Source: Zootoca vivipara (taxonomy: Eukaryota). From it: DNA of 64,000 nt. The notes beneath the pieces were generated by a model. It was not told where the DNA came from. It saw nothing but the letters and a program-made list of their open reading frames with translations, and made no database searches. Both the position numbers and the translations under genes were made by a program. Of this stretch, positions 11,447-23,300 are shown in pieces. The DNA lies in assembly GCF_963506605.1 (NCBI RefSeq), contig NC_083288.1:45260001-45324000 (forward strand). Reading direction: 5' to 3'. How positions within the stretch are numbered: the first letter of the stretch is position 1; each line of letters opens with the position of its first letter.

Positions 11447-12023
11447 GGTAGCTTCAAACTTTCTCTTGGAAGATGGAGAGTTGTCCTTGTCTCCCATGTC
11501 TCAATTGAGCTGTCTCAGTGGTTGCACTTAGCCTTCTTTTTAGCATCAGCAGGTGTACAAATGCTTTGAATGTGAACTTAAATGATTAAAACTCCATTAT
11601 AATAAGAAATGTTGATAATGATGAATTCCCCCTTCTCTCTATGCCCAGCACTCCTACATCTCACTGGCATAGAAGCATATTTAATGCTCTTACTAAGCTG
11701 GGTTGTTGACTGTTTTCAGATGTCCTTAGGAAACTCTTGAGAGCTCTGTCTAGCTGAACAAATGATTGTGATCTGGATAATTGCAGAGGGAGATAATTAC
11801 TTTATTAGATCCTGGACTTTGAGTGGCACTTTTCCTCAAAACTTTCTAAATCATCATTGGACCTGGCCCCTTCAGAAATGCAACTGGGGAATTTGAGTGC
11901 AACAGCTCTATGTTGAATGAACCCCAGACAAGGGCCCCAGACTCTGAACTTTCATTTAAAAAAAGTAATCCTCAATATCTCCAATAAAGAAAGATATGAC
12001 ATGTTCAGTTAAACTTCCCTGAT

Positions 12024-12024
<1 letters not shown>

Positions 12025-12070
<46 letters not shown>
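12025..12070. repeat. (GTT)n microsatellite
   Basis: Directly visible. Confidence 0.95.
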
Positions 12071-12071
<1 letters not shown>

Positions 12072-12253
12072 TTAAAAGATATGAGCATCCTTGGTTGCTT
12101 CTGTCAGTGTTTTCAGCCAACAAATGAAGTCAGGGCGGTGGCTGTTATGTGAGTTGTTTCAGCACCAGACAGAGGGAATCTGTGAAGTCATTTAGAGTTT
12201 TTGCTTCCTGGCTACCTTTCAGTGGACTTCCTTTGATTCCATCTTGTTAGCTA

Positions 12254-12642
12254 TGTCAGGGAGGATTCAGAGGAACAGTGAGCAGAAGAGGCAGAACAGG
12301 GGATTGAGAGCAGTCAGGGAGAGCAGGGGCTCAGGGATGCTGAAGAGCCCTGTATCCACCCAGACGCCCGGGAAGGAAGCTCAGATTCAGGGAGGGAGGG
12401 GCCTTTCAAATCAGCACAGACAAGGAAGGAAATGAAACGTAAGAATCAAAGACATCTCATGTGATTCCCATGCCTACTTTACTGGCACGGGAATCATAAA
12501 AAGCCACTCTCCAAATCTGACTCACTGGGTTCGGACACTTAATTCTGAACTGTAGCAGTTTCTTGTATATATGTAATAAAGATTGTAAATACCACGCTGA
12601 TTGTGCCGGGTGTTACTACGAAGGGGAAACACCACAACCACA
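12254..12642 (+). mobile_element. Solo LTR (389 bp) upstream of gene A
   Basis: TG...CA termini, AATAAA near 12575, imperfect 5-bp TSD (AGCTA/CGCTA). Absent from the paralogous sites upstream of C (about 19020) and E (about 46378). Confidence 0.65.
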
Positions 12643-13722
12643 CGCTAGGAGTTCTGGGAATTTCCATAATTTGCCCTTCATTTCTCCCTGGTAACCAAGA
12701 TGCACTTTTCTAAGGTTGGTTCATCTGAGTTCAACCCTGCAGAATAAATTTCTTGCAAGTACTGCTACACAATCAGCATGGTTGGGTGTTAAAGAACCAA
12801 CTCAACAGATTGTGAATGCAGTGTGATTTAGGCATGTTTCCTGTTCTGTAGCAGCTTATGACCAGAGCTTGTTAACTCCCAGGGCAATGGTATACATGTC
12901 TACTAAGAAGCATGTTTCCTTGTGTTATTGATGACCCCCAAGTAAGTGGGTACAGGATGAGTTTCATAGAAAAAGGCAGTCTCCAAAGATGGAAAGAGGT
13001 TTCAAATCACAGTCCAGAATATCTGCACCAGATGATGCACCTGTACTGTCAAGAGGAGTGCAACCCATCTAGAAGAGGTCACCTTCCTGTTTCCCAGATC
13101 CAAGAGCCAAAACTCCACACACCTCTATGTTTAGTTTGATTGTCAGACCCTAATCTGCCCATTAATGACTCCAGACACCAATGAAGCAGCGAATTCTTAG
13201 GTCAGGGAGAAGAAGTCTTAGCTCCATCAGTATATTGATGAGACTTCACTCCAAGATCAGCACTCCCAAAGCTGCCATACAGAAAAAACCCCACTCCAAT
13301 TCAAAGAGAAGGAAACAACAGTACATGTAATAAAACACAAATATGTTTTTGTTTTGTTTTTTCAACTGATAAAATGAGAAATTCTGATACAGTAATTAAG
13401 GAAGCCATCACAGCTGCAAATGTCCAATGAAGGCCTGAATGGAAAAGGGAATCCATTACATCAGAATCAAAAATATGTGTGTGACATAGAGAAATCCAGC
13501 TATTTCCATATCCCTTAAATACCAATATTGAATCATAGAACCTGTCAGACAGCTGATCAAAGCATTTGGTAATGCACCCTAACAGGGAAATTGAAATGCA
13601 CCTTAAACTTTGTAGTGAAATGTAATGATAACTTTGAAATGAATGTCTATAACTAATGTTGTTTGCATGTATTTCCTCCCAATTACCTTCTCCAACAGAC
13701 ATGATGAGAGAAGACAGGTGGC

Positions 13723-15717
13723 TTAATCCTTTCTTCGTATTAATTGATCCCTGCTGTTCAGTTCAGGTCTCAGCACAATGATATAGCATTTCGGGGAAAA
13801 GATGCAACCCAGTAACCCAGCACTGGAGGCCAAGATAGAGAAGATCTCCACAGCCACCATGTGTTTCCCTCTTGTGCTCAGGTAGGTGGGAACAAAAGAG
13901 ATCCAAACACTGCAAAATGCTAACATACTGAAGGTGATGAACTGGGCTTCGTTAAAACTGTCAGGTAACTTGCGGGCCAGGAAGGCCACAATGAAACTAG
14001 CAATGGCCAAGAAGCCCATGTAGCCCAAGACACAATAGAACATGGTGACAGACCCAACATTACATTGCACAATGGTTTCTTCAGCTACTGAATTCATGTC
14101 TAGCTCAGGGAAGGGAGGAGACGTTGTCAGCCACAGAGTACAGATACCAACTTGAATGAGGGAAGCTGAAAGGACAATGGAATGAGCCAGTTTCTTTCCC
14201 ACCCATTTCTTCATCTTGGATCCTGGCTTTGTGGCTATGAATGCTAGAGAAACAATGATGGTCTTTGCCAACACACAAGAAACAGCTATGGAGAAGATGA
14301 TGCCAAAAGCAGTTTGTTGGAGAAGGCAGGTCACTTTGCCAGGTCGGCCAAGGAAAAGCAAAGAGGAGAGGAAGCAGAGAAGGAGGGAGACCAGGAGAGT
14401 GTAGGTGAGATCTCGGTTGTTGGCTATGACTATGGGGGTATCATTGTGCTGGATAAAAATAGCCAACACCAAAGCAGTAATCAAAGAACATAAGGCACTA
14501 AGAGAGGCTAAAGTGTTCCCTAAAGGTTCTTTATAGGACAAGAAATGTATAACTTTGGGGATGCATCCATTTCTCTTCTTGTTTGGATATTGATCTTCTG
14601 GGCAATTGAAACATACGTCCATATCTGAGAAAAGTAAAGAAAACTATGAACAGAAATCCAGCAGCAATTCATCTGACTTAGCCCATTGAATGAACCATGT
14701 ATTTTGACAAATTGTACATTATGGCTGTCCCGCCACAACAGGACTGGCTGCGGAGGCACATTTGTGGCACATCGGTCATGAGTGACAGCACACCAACGAG
14801 CTGTGAACATATTGTTGTATATAAAACTTGTATGAAATGGGGAGGTCTGCTTTAGGGCCTTTTCGGAGGAGCAAATCTTTGGTTTGATTCCCAGCCGTGT
14901 AACACTTGTTCATTTGTGTAAGGGCTTCTCTCTGCTCCCTTTCGCTTGCAGCCTGCCAGTTGCTATCTTTTGAAGAAGAACATTCTAGCATATCATGCCT
15001 ATCACCCTCCTTTGCTGGGGCTTTCTTGGAAGATGCAGAGTTGTCCAAACATCTGCCGTGTCTCGATTGAACTGTCTTGGAGGTTGCACATAGCCTTCTT
15101 TTTAGCATCAGCGGGTGTACAAATGCTGTGAATATGAACTTAAATGAATACAACTCCCTTATAATAATAATCGAAATAATAATGACCCCCCCTCCCTTTG
15201 TCCAACACTCCTATACCTCATTGACACAGGAGCATATTTAATACTCTTACTATGCTGGGTTGTTGACTGTTTTGTGACATCCTTAGGAAACTCCTGAGAG
15301 CTCTGTCTAACTGACAAATTATTGTGATCTGGATCATTGCAGAGGGAGATAATTACTTCATTATATCTTGGAGACTGAGTGGCACTTTTCACAAAAACTA
15401 TTTAAATTATTATTTTCTCCAGATGTACAAAACAAGTTGGCTCTAGTCCCTGAAGGACTGAGACAGGGGAATTTGATTTCTATGTTGAGTGAACCTCAGA
15501 CAAGGGCCCCAGACTCTGAACTTTAATTTTTAGAAAGTAATCCTCAATATCTTACAGAAATAAAGTGATGATATGTTCGGTTACAATTTTCTGTATTTTT
15601 ATTTTATTTTAGATTTGAGGGTCCTTTGTTACTTTCGTCAGTGTCTTCAGCCTACAAATGAAGTCAGGGCCGTGAATGATACCTGAGTTGTTTCAACACC
15701 AGACAGAGGGAATCTGT
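13723..15717 (-). pseudogene. V2R gene B: promoter/5'UTR fused to distal intron 5 and an intact 7TM exon (exons 1-5 deleted)
   Basis: Exon 6 at 14624-13723 is open (299 aa from ATG 14622). 14625-15022 matches intron 5 of gene C and 15023-15717 matches the promoter/5'UTR of gene C. Confidence 0.85.
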
Positions 15718-15911
15718 CGCCCCCCCCCCGACTCCTGAGCCTTGGCTTGGGAGTCGTAGGATGGGGTGCCGACTGTCAACCCCCCCCCCAGAGTGGAACC
15801 TGGGGCAGACCGCCCCTTGCTATGCCCCTGAATAGATGCCAACCCTTTCAGGATTATGAAAGGGTACCCTTTCAGCGATGCATGATAGTTGTTTGGTATA
15901 TTTATACATAT

Positions 15912-16295
15912 ACAGTGGTACCTCGGTTTATGAACACAATTGGTTCCGGAAGTCTGTTCATAAACTGAAGCGTTCATAAACTGAAGTGAACTTTCCCATT
16001 GAAAGTAAAGGAAAGTGGATTAATCCGTTCCAGACGGGTCTGCGGAGTACTTAAGCTGAAGCGTTCATAAACTGAAGCATGGGTGTAATTGGTTGGACTG
16101 GATGGCCCTTGTGGTCTCTTCCAACTCTATGATTCTATGATTCTAAGTCTGTTCATAAACTGAAGCGTTCATAAACTGAAGCGAACTTTCCCATTGAAAG
16201 TAATGGAAAATGAATTAATCCATTCCAGATGGGTCAGCGGCGTTCATAAACCGAAAATTCATAAACCGAGGTGTTCATAAACCGAGGTTCCACTG
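15912..16295. mobile_element. Tc1/mariner (Tigger-like) MITE with nested CR1 3' tail
   Basis: TA-CAGTGGTACCTCGG...CCGAGGTTCCACTG-TA. CR1 tail GGTCTCTTCCAAC(TCTATGAT)n at about 16091-16146. Confidence 0.75.
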
Positions 16296-16316
16296 TACAG
16301 TATATGTGTATTTAGT

Positions 16317-16318
<2 letters not shown>

Positions 16319-16364
<46 letters not shown>
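16319..16364. repeat. (TG)n microsatellite
   Basis: Directly visible. Confidence 0.95.
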
Positions 16365-16365
<1 letters not shown>

Positions 16366-16389
16366 TGTGAAAAAATCTCTGTGATTGCT

Positions 16390-18130
16390 CATGCCCCCAT
16401 TGAGGGTATTGGGGGCATATTTCCTGGCATTCAGTGTGGCATTTGGCGGGAGCTAACCTTTCTTGAATACTTTCCCATTCAAGTCACCCTTCACCTATGG
16501 GGCGACCAGTTCGAGAACACCTGGGTATGCTTTTGGTCCGACAACCAGGCAGTGGTAAGATTCAAAGGCAAGTAATCGGGTCATCCAGGTGCTTCACTTG
16601 TTCATGCTTGAATGCCTCATGGCTCAGTTTCTCCTAGGCCTAAATAATGAAATGGGGGGTGCCTTATCTCGCTTCCAGATAGAGCATTTTTGAGATCTCG
16701 CACCCGAGGAGCTCAGGTTCCAGACACCTTCCCAGATGAGCTTTTGGAGACTGGACAAGAGAAGTGACACGGGGAGTCTTACATTCCCTAGTGCCTTTCC
16801 CTAGTATTCTTCTTATTCATCCCTTATTCTAGGGCATGGGCAGCATTTGAGGGGTTCCGATCCTGCTATGGCTTTGCCCCCAGACAGACGGCTTCCGAAG
16901 CGGATGTATTGAAGTACATGGTTTCCCTTAGGCGGAGAGGCCTGGCCATCAGAACGATGTCACTCCATAGGGCAGCCTAACATTTCATGTTAAGAAGCCG
17001 ATCACTGGCTGGAGGTGCTTAACCCCCCCCCACACACACACAGCCAGACACTAGAAAACTGATCACTTCTGACACCTTACAGCCAATGTCGGGCAAGCTG
17101 CCCATGGTATGCTTCCTAAGGTACGAGGATCACCTATTCCATGCTGCCTACTACATGGCTTGCTTTGGGGCCCTACACATTGGTGAATGCACTGGCGGTA
17201 ATTCTTCGTCGTCGTCCCCAATTTGGGATTACACATTAATGACATAAGCTTCACTGGGTGTGACCTGGAACTTAGAATCCATGCCTCTAAAACAGATCAA
17301 TTGCAGAGTGGCACAAACTTAATGCTGGCCCCCTACCCACTCAATGGCGCCTGCCCAGTGCATGATATTTGTTGATTTCTAAAAGTCTACCCTGGCTGCA
17401 CGGGCCCCCTTTTCATTCATGCTAATGCCTGTGGTCTGTCACATCACTCAATTCACTGCAGTCCTGTGCAAGGCTATTCTGGCATGTGAGGGCAACCCAC
17501 AATTTTCTGGACACTCCTTTCGCATTGGAGTTGCAACTACCACAGCTGCATGGGGGTGGGACCCTGCACGCATTAAGGCAATGGGCCGATGCTGCTCTGC
17601 GGATTAACGAAGCTACATCCGTTTTTGCCAGCTGCCATTTACCGCGTTCTTTTAATCCCTTGCTTTTCAGATTCCCGGGAGTCAGAAAAGGAGGCTGCCC
17701 ACAACACAGGACAGCCATTTGTTCCACAGCATTAGCCCCAACCCCCCCTAAGGTGCTGCATTTTTCTTTGCAGGCTAACCCCCCTTTTTCCATTCGAGGT
17801 TGCGGGCGTTGCTATGGTCACACAATGCTCGCTGTTTCCCGAGCCAGGAAGGAATTCCCCTGCTATGCAGGTTTTGCCTTCCCCGTACCAATTGTCACAA
17901 CTTTGGCAGTTTTAGGCCTTGGGCGGAATCGTTTAGTTCATCAATCAAATGGAGGGGTAGCGTGGTAGTATACCTCTCATGCGGTGGCATTAGAAGGGAC
18001 CCGTTAGAGGGGTTTTTATGCTGGGTATCAATGACCATGAGTGCTCGCTGTATGGTCAGATTCCCAGAACTGGAAAGGTGGGTAGCAAATTGCGTAAACC
18101 TACAGTATGTTCTGCAGTGTCCCCCATAAC
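16390..18130 (+). mobile_element. Degenerate Ngaro/DIRS retrotransposon, copy 2
   Basis: Near-identical to 549-1887 (GDQFENTWVCFWSDNQAVV; FSGHSFRIGVATT). It continues past 17710, and the 3' boundary is uncertain. Confidence 0.72.
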
Positions 18131-18229
18131 TCCTATCTACCCCTGTTTCCTTTGTTCCCAATCAGGGGGCTGATAGGAATATAGACCCAATGCCTAAGCC
18201 CAAGTTTTCCTGCACCTGAAATTTGTGGC

Positions 18230-18900
18230 ACCTTATTTTTTCCTCCTAAAAAGTAAGAGGAAATTCTGTGCGTCTTATGGAGCGAATGTGTGGTCCCTGG
18301 AGTCGGCTTGCCCAGGAGCTAAAGGCAGATCCTGCTTTTTTAAAAAAGAAAAAAGAAAGAAGCTAAAGGCTAACAAGAGGAAATGAGCTGAAAGGAACCC
18401 GCTCAGTGGCTGATTGCAATAGATAGGGGGCGGAGATAAGAGAGCTAGCTCCCTTCCCTGCCCCTCCTGGCCCCTTGCCTAGGCCTCAATTGTTGCCTGC
18501 AGAGGGAGACATGTGACTGGCTGATTAGATTATTTGTCTGGAAACTGTAGAAATGGGTCCCTTTCCTTTCCTAGAGCTGTAGAACTGTGAGTTGAACCCC
18601 ATAAAAACAGGATTTTTTTCCCCTTTGCAAGGAAACTCAGCAACTTTGAGGTGATCCTAAAAAATGGAGCTTTCCCCCTTTGCAAAAAAGATGCACAACT
18701 CTGAGCTGACCCCATGCCCCAAAATGGGGCTTTCCCCATTTGTAAAAGAAGCTTCCTCAAATATTTAATTTCAGGGGGGAGGCACCTGGGCTGCTATGCC
18801 TAGGACAATTCAAGAAAGCAAATTATTTTTTTCTTGTTTTCCTCCTCTGAAAACTAGATGCGTCCTATGGTCAGGTGCGTCCTATGGAGCGAAAAAAATG
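18230..18900. mobile_element. Non-autonomous DNA transposon remnant
   Basis: Repeated TGCGTC(T/C)TATGGAGCGAA motifs near both ends. Confidence 0.45.
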
Positions 18901-19842
18901 CGCTAAGGGCAGATTTAATCCCATAGCAACCTGTGTTTGTGCCTATTTACTTCTTCCCTGACTTCTGGGATAGGGGATCTTCGACAGGGCTTGCAACATA
19001 GAAATTCCAAGAACAACTAGAGAACAAGACAGAATCAAGGGAAGTCCACTGAAAGGTAGTGGGGAAACAAAAACTCTAAGGGACTTCACAGATTCCCTCT
19101 GTCTGGTGTTGAAACAACTCAGGTATCATTCACGGCCCTGACTTCATTTGGAGGCCGAAGACACTGACAAAAGTAACTAAGGACGCTCAAATCTAAAATA
19201 AAATAAAAATACAGAAAATTGTAACCGAACATGTCATCACTTTCTTTCTGTGAGATATTGAGGATTACTTTTTAAAAATTAAAATTCAGAGTCCGGGGCC
19301 CTTGTCTGAGGTTCACTCAACATAGAACTCAAATTCCATTGTCTCAGTCCTTCAGGGACTAGAGCCAACTTGTTTTGTACATCTGGAGAAAAAAATAATT
19401 TAAATAGTTTTTGAGCAAAAGTGCCACTCAGTCTCCAAGATATAATGAAGTAATTATCTCCCTCTGCAATGATCCAGATCACAATAATTTTTCAGCCACA
19501 CAGAGCTCTCAAGAGTTTCCTAAGGACATCTGAAAACAGTCAACAACCCAGCATAGTAAGAGTATTAAATATGCTCCTGTGCCAGTGAAATATACAAATG
19601 TTGGGCACAGAGAGCGGGGGAGGTCATCATTATCAACATTTCTTATTATAATAGAGTTTTAATTATTTAAGTTCATATTCAAAGCATTTGTACACCTGCT
19701 GATGCTAAAAAGGAGGCTAAGTGCAACCTCCAAGGTGCTACTGAAGGAATTTTTTTATTTTGCAACCTCCAAGGCAGCTCAATCGAGACACGGCAGATGT
19801 TTGGACAACTCTGCATCTTACAAGACATATTTTGAAGCTATC

Positions 19843-20332
19843 ATGCTGAGGCTCTTGATGCTGCTGCTGCTGCCTCACACAATGTGTGAAGTCCGTCTGA
19901 AGTGCCCTGCAGGTGATCCAATCCTTGTGCCCCATGAATGGGGTCAAGCAGGGGACCTCTTCATTGGTGGGATTGTAAGTCAGACCACCTACATTTTTAA
20001 TGAAGTTTCATTCAAGGAACATCCTTCTCAGGAGCTGTTTGACATACCACAGTAAGCAAGAATATCCCCCCACCCTATTTATTCTACGCTCCACTGAGTC
20101 AGCAAAGAACAACATGTGTGATCTTATGTTCAAAGAAATTATATTTAGAAATATTTATTTATTGAATTCATATACTAGTAAGCAACTGTCAACCCTCAAA
20201 TCTCTTGTTAATCAAATAGGAGACAATTATATATGTAGAGTGCCACAACCCCATAGTCGCCTTTGACGAGACTTAATCACCCAGGCATCCTTTAGCTTTT
20301 TTACCTGTACCGTATATATATGTATATGTACC

Positions 20333-20389
<57 letters not shown>

Positions 20390-23300
20390 GTGATATTTTC
20401 TTTAAAAAATGTTTAGGGGTATTCCCATTTTGACTCATGAAATTCCCCATTTTATGGTTCCAACAGGGAAAGATAAATACAGTAAATGGAAATGTTCAAA
20501 GATTCACAAGATGTTTAGGGGTATGGATCCACCTGTGTCCCCCAGAAAAAAGCACTGTGTATATGCAGATGTATATATGCAAACTGATTTGAAACGCGAC
20601 TGAACAGAGAGCTAAATAAAACCAACATATTGACAAAAGCACAGAGGACTCCTGCAACACCTTGAGGACTTAACAATACTCTATTCTATAAGCCTTTCTG
20701 GACCCCCCCCCATCATGTTCAGCAGATGAGTCTTCATCAATAGTATATTTTCAGGTTTATAGGAATACATATGTAAATGCAGAGAGGCATGGTGGAGGAG
20801 AGCCATCAGAGGGAAAAGAAATGCCAAAAATTGCCAACAATGAAAATGACATAATTAATGTAAAGATACCAAATTACTCATAAGGCTATGAAATAAGTTC
20901 ATTCTGCTAGGATTCTTAGAGTTGAAAGTGCAGAGGAGAAAAAGGCAGAAGCCAGTCTGATGCATTAAAATATGTCCACCTCTCTTTTTGTATCTTCCCT
21001 ATTGACAGTGTAAAAACAAAGTTATATCAGAACATCCTGGCCATTGTGTTTGCCATAAAAGAGATCAATGGCAATCCGAATGTCTTGCCCAATGTCACCA
21101 TTGGTTTCCACATTTATGACAGCTACTTTGATGCGAGAATGACCTATCGAACCACTTTGGACCTTCTCTTCAAATGGCAAAGATTTGTTCCCAACTACAA
21201 ATGCGATACTCAGAAAAACCTCATGGCTGTGATTGGGGGACATTCTTGTGACACTTCTATCCACATGGCAGATGTCTTAAGTCTCTACAGAGTACCACAG
21301 GTAGAATCAGTGCATAGGGGAATGTGGGGAAGTTTCTTTTGATATTTTCTTTTTTATTTTGCAAAGAATAGAGAAATATTAGTGTGTGAGAGAAATAACC
21401 AGGAAATTTCATGATTTCCCCATAACTAGAAATCTAGCCAGTTATTTTTTAAACCTAATTCGAACTGTGCCTTCAAATTTCTTAAGGAAATGTTCTATTA
21501 AATTATCACTTTCTTTTAGCTCACCTATGGCTCATTTGCTTCAGAGGAGAGTCAATCAAGACAGACAACTTCTTTTTATACCATGGTCCCAAATGAAGAC
21601 CTTCAATATGTAGGGATTATCCGGTTACTTCAGCATTTCAGATGGAAGTGGGTGGGGCTCTTTGTTGCCAAATATGACAGTGGGGAACAATTTTTGAAGA
21701 CTGTGGAGCCATTGTTTAGCCAGAATGAAGATATGGGAGAAATATTTGCTGAAATTGAAAGTATTTATGAAGGTCTCAGAGATGAAAAGGCCCATGCACT
21801 TATCATCTATGGAACAGATGGGGCAATTGCATGGCTGAGAATGGTTTATTTTATAATCGATAATAGACATTATCAAAATGCATCATTTGGAAAGGTCTGG
21901 ATCGTGACAGCCCAGATAGATTTTGTATCATTCGGAGGTCAGAGAAACTTGGATTTTCAGCTGTTCCAAGGTGCCCTTTCCTTTACAATTCACTCAGAAG
22001 AGCTTGTAGAGTTCAACCAATTCCTTCAGAACATCCAAACACACAGGACCAAAGCAGATGGTTTTTTGAAGGACTTCTGGGAGCAGGCATTTGACTGTCC
22101 CTATCCTGATCCTGGTATGCCTGTCTTGGATGATGGAACATGTACTGGAGAGGAGAGACTAGAAAGTCTCCCTGCAGGTGTTTTTGAAATGCACATGACT
22201 GGGCAGAGCTACAGTATCTATAATGCTGCCTATGCTGTAGCTCACACATTTCATGCCATTTCCTCATCCAGATTCCCACACAGAGCAGTGACTGTTGGTT
22301 ACAGTGTTGGATTTCCATCTCTGCAGACTTGGCAGGTAATGTTGCAGAGCCAAATATTCTTATGTCAATGGATCTATTTGGAGAAAGAACACAGGAATTT
22401 CCTTATACCGAGTTAGGCCTTTCAGTCATCTCTTTTGTGTATACTAGGACTTTCCAAACTTGGGTATCCAGCTGTTTTTGGACTGCCATTCCTATAATCC
22501 CTGACCAGTGGTCCTTCTAGCTAAGGATGATTGCTCTTTTAGTGCAAAAGCAGCTGGAGACCCAGGTTTGGAAAGCCCTGGGTGTTCTGACTGGCTTTGA
22601 CTCTCCAGGGTTTGAGTCAAGATGAGATTCCCAGTGTTAGCTGAAGATTCTGGGGATTGAATCTGGGAACTTGCCATGCAAGGATATGCTCAACAAGTGA
22701 GCTTCTCCCCTCTTCTCATATGTAAAAAAAAGATTATAAAGTATTCAGCATCTTAGTCATGGTTACACTCTTCCTGATTTACATTTCACCATGTAACTTC
22801 CACTTGGGAACGTCAAATAATTTGATTCTTCTTTTTCTTTAAAATAGATCAACTCATTTCTTCAAGGCGTTTCATTTAACAACTCAGCGGGAGAAACAGT
22901 ATCATTTAATGATAACAGGGAAATGAGAGGAGGATTTGATATCATGAATTTGGTCACATTCCCAAACACCTCTTTCCAGAGAGTGAAGGTTGGATGGGTG
23001 GGTCTCAGTGATAGAGGAAATAAAGAATTTATCATCAATGAGGACAAAATTCTATGGCACCAAAGTTTTAATCAGGTACGGATTGTAATTATCCACCTGC
23101 AGAGAGTTTGCACCTTTGAGTAAAGCTACTAAATAACGTCTGGAATAATAAGAACAACAATGATGTCTAGTGCATTGAGAAATAAGATGCGAAACTGATA
23201 TGGCAAACCTCCCTTTTCCCACTTTGAAATCAGTATTACATTGAAAGTACACTAAATATGAAGCACAAAGATTGTCCTGTGGGTGGCATATAGGAAAGCA

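Noticed and set aside
15940-16290. Repeated TTCATAAACTGAAGC units resembling a spaced repeat array
   Set aside because: Irregular sub-terminal repeats of a Tigger-like MITE in a vertebrate genome, not CRISPR.
17790-17990. Possible SGNH-hydrolase ORF remnant of the Ngaro element
   Set aside because: Only a faint GHT...LGL...IKWRG resemblance, too degraded to call.
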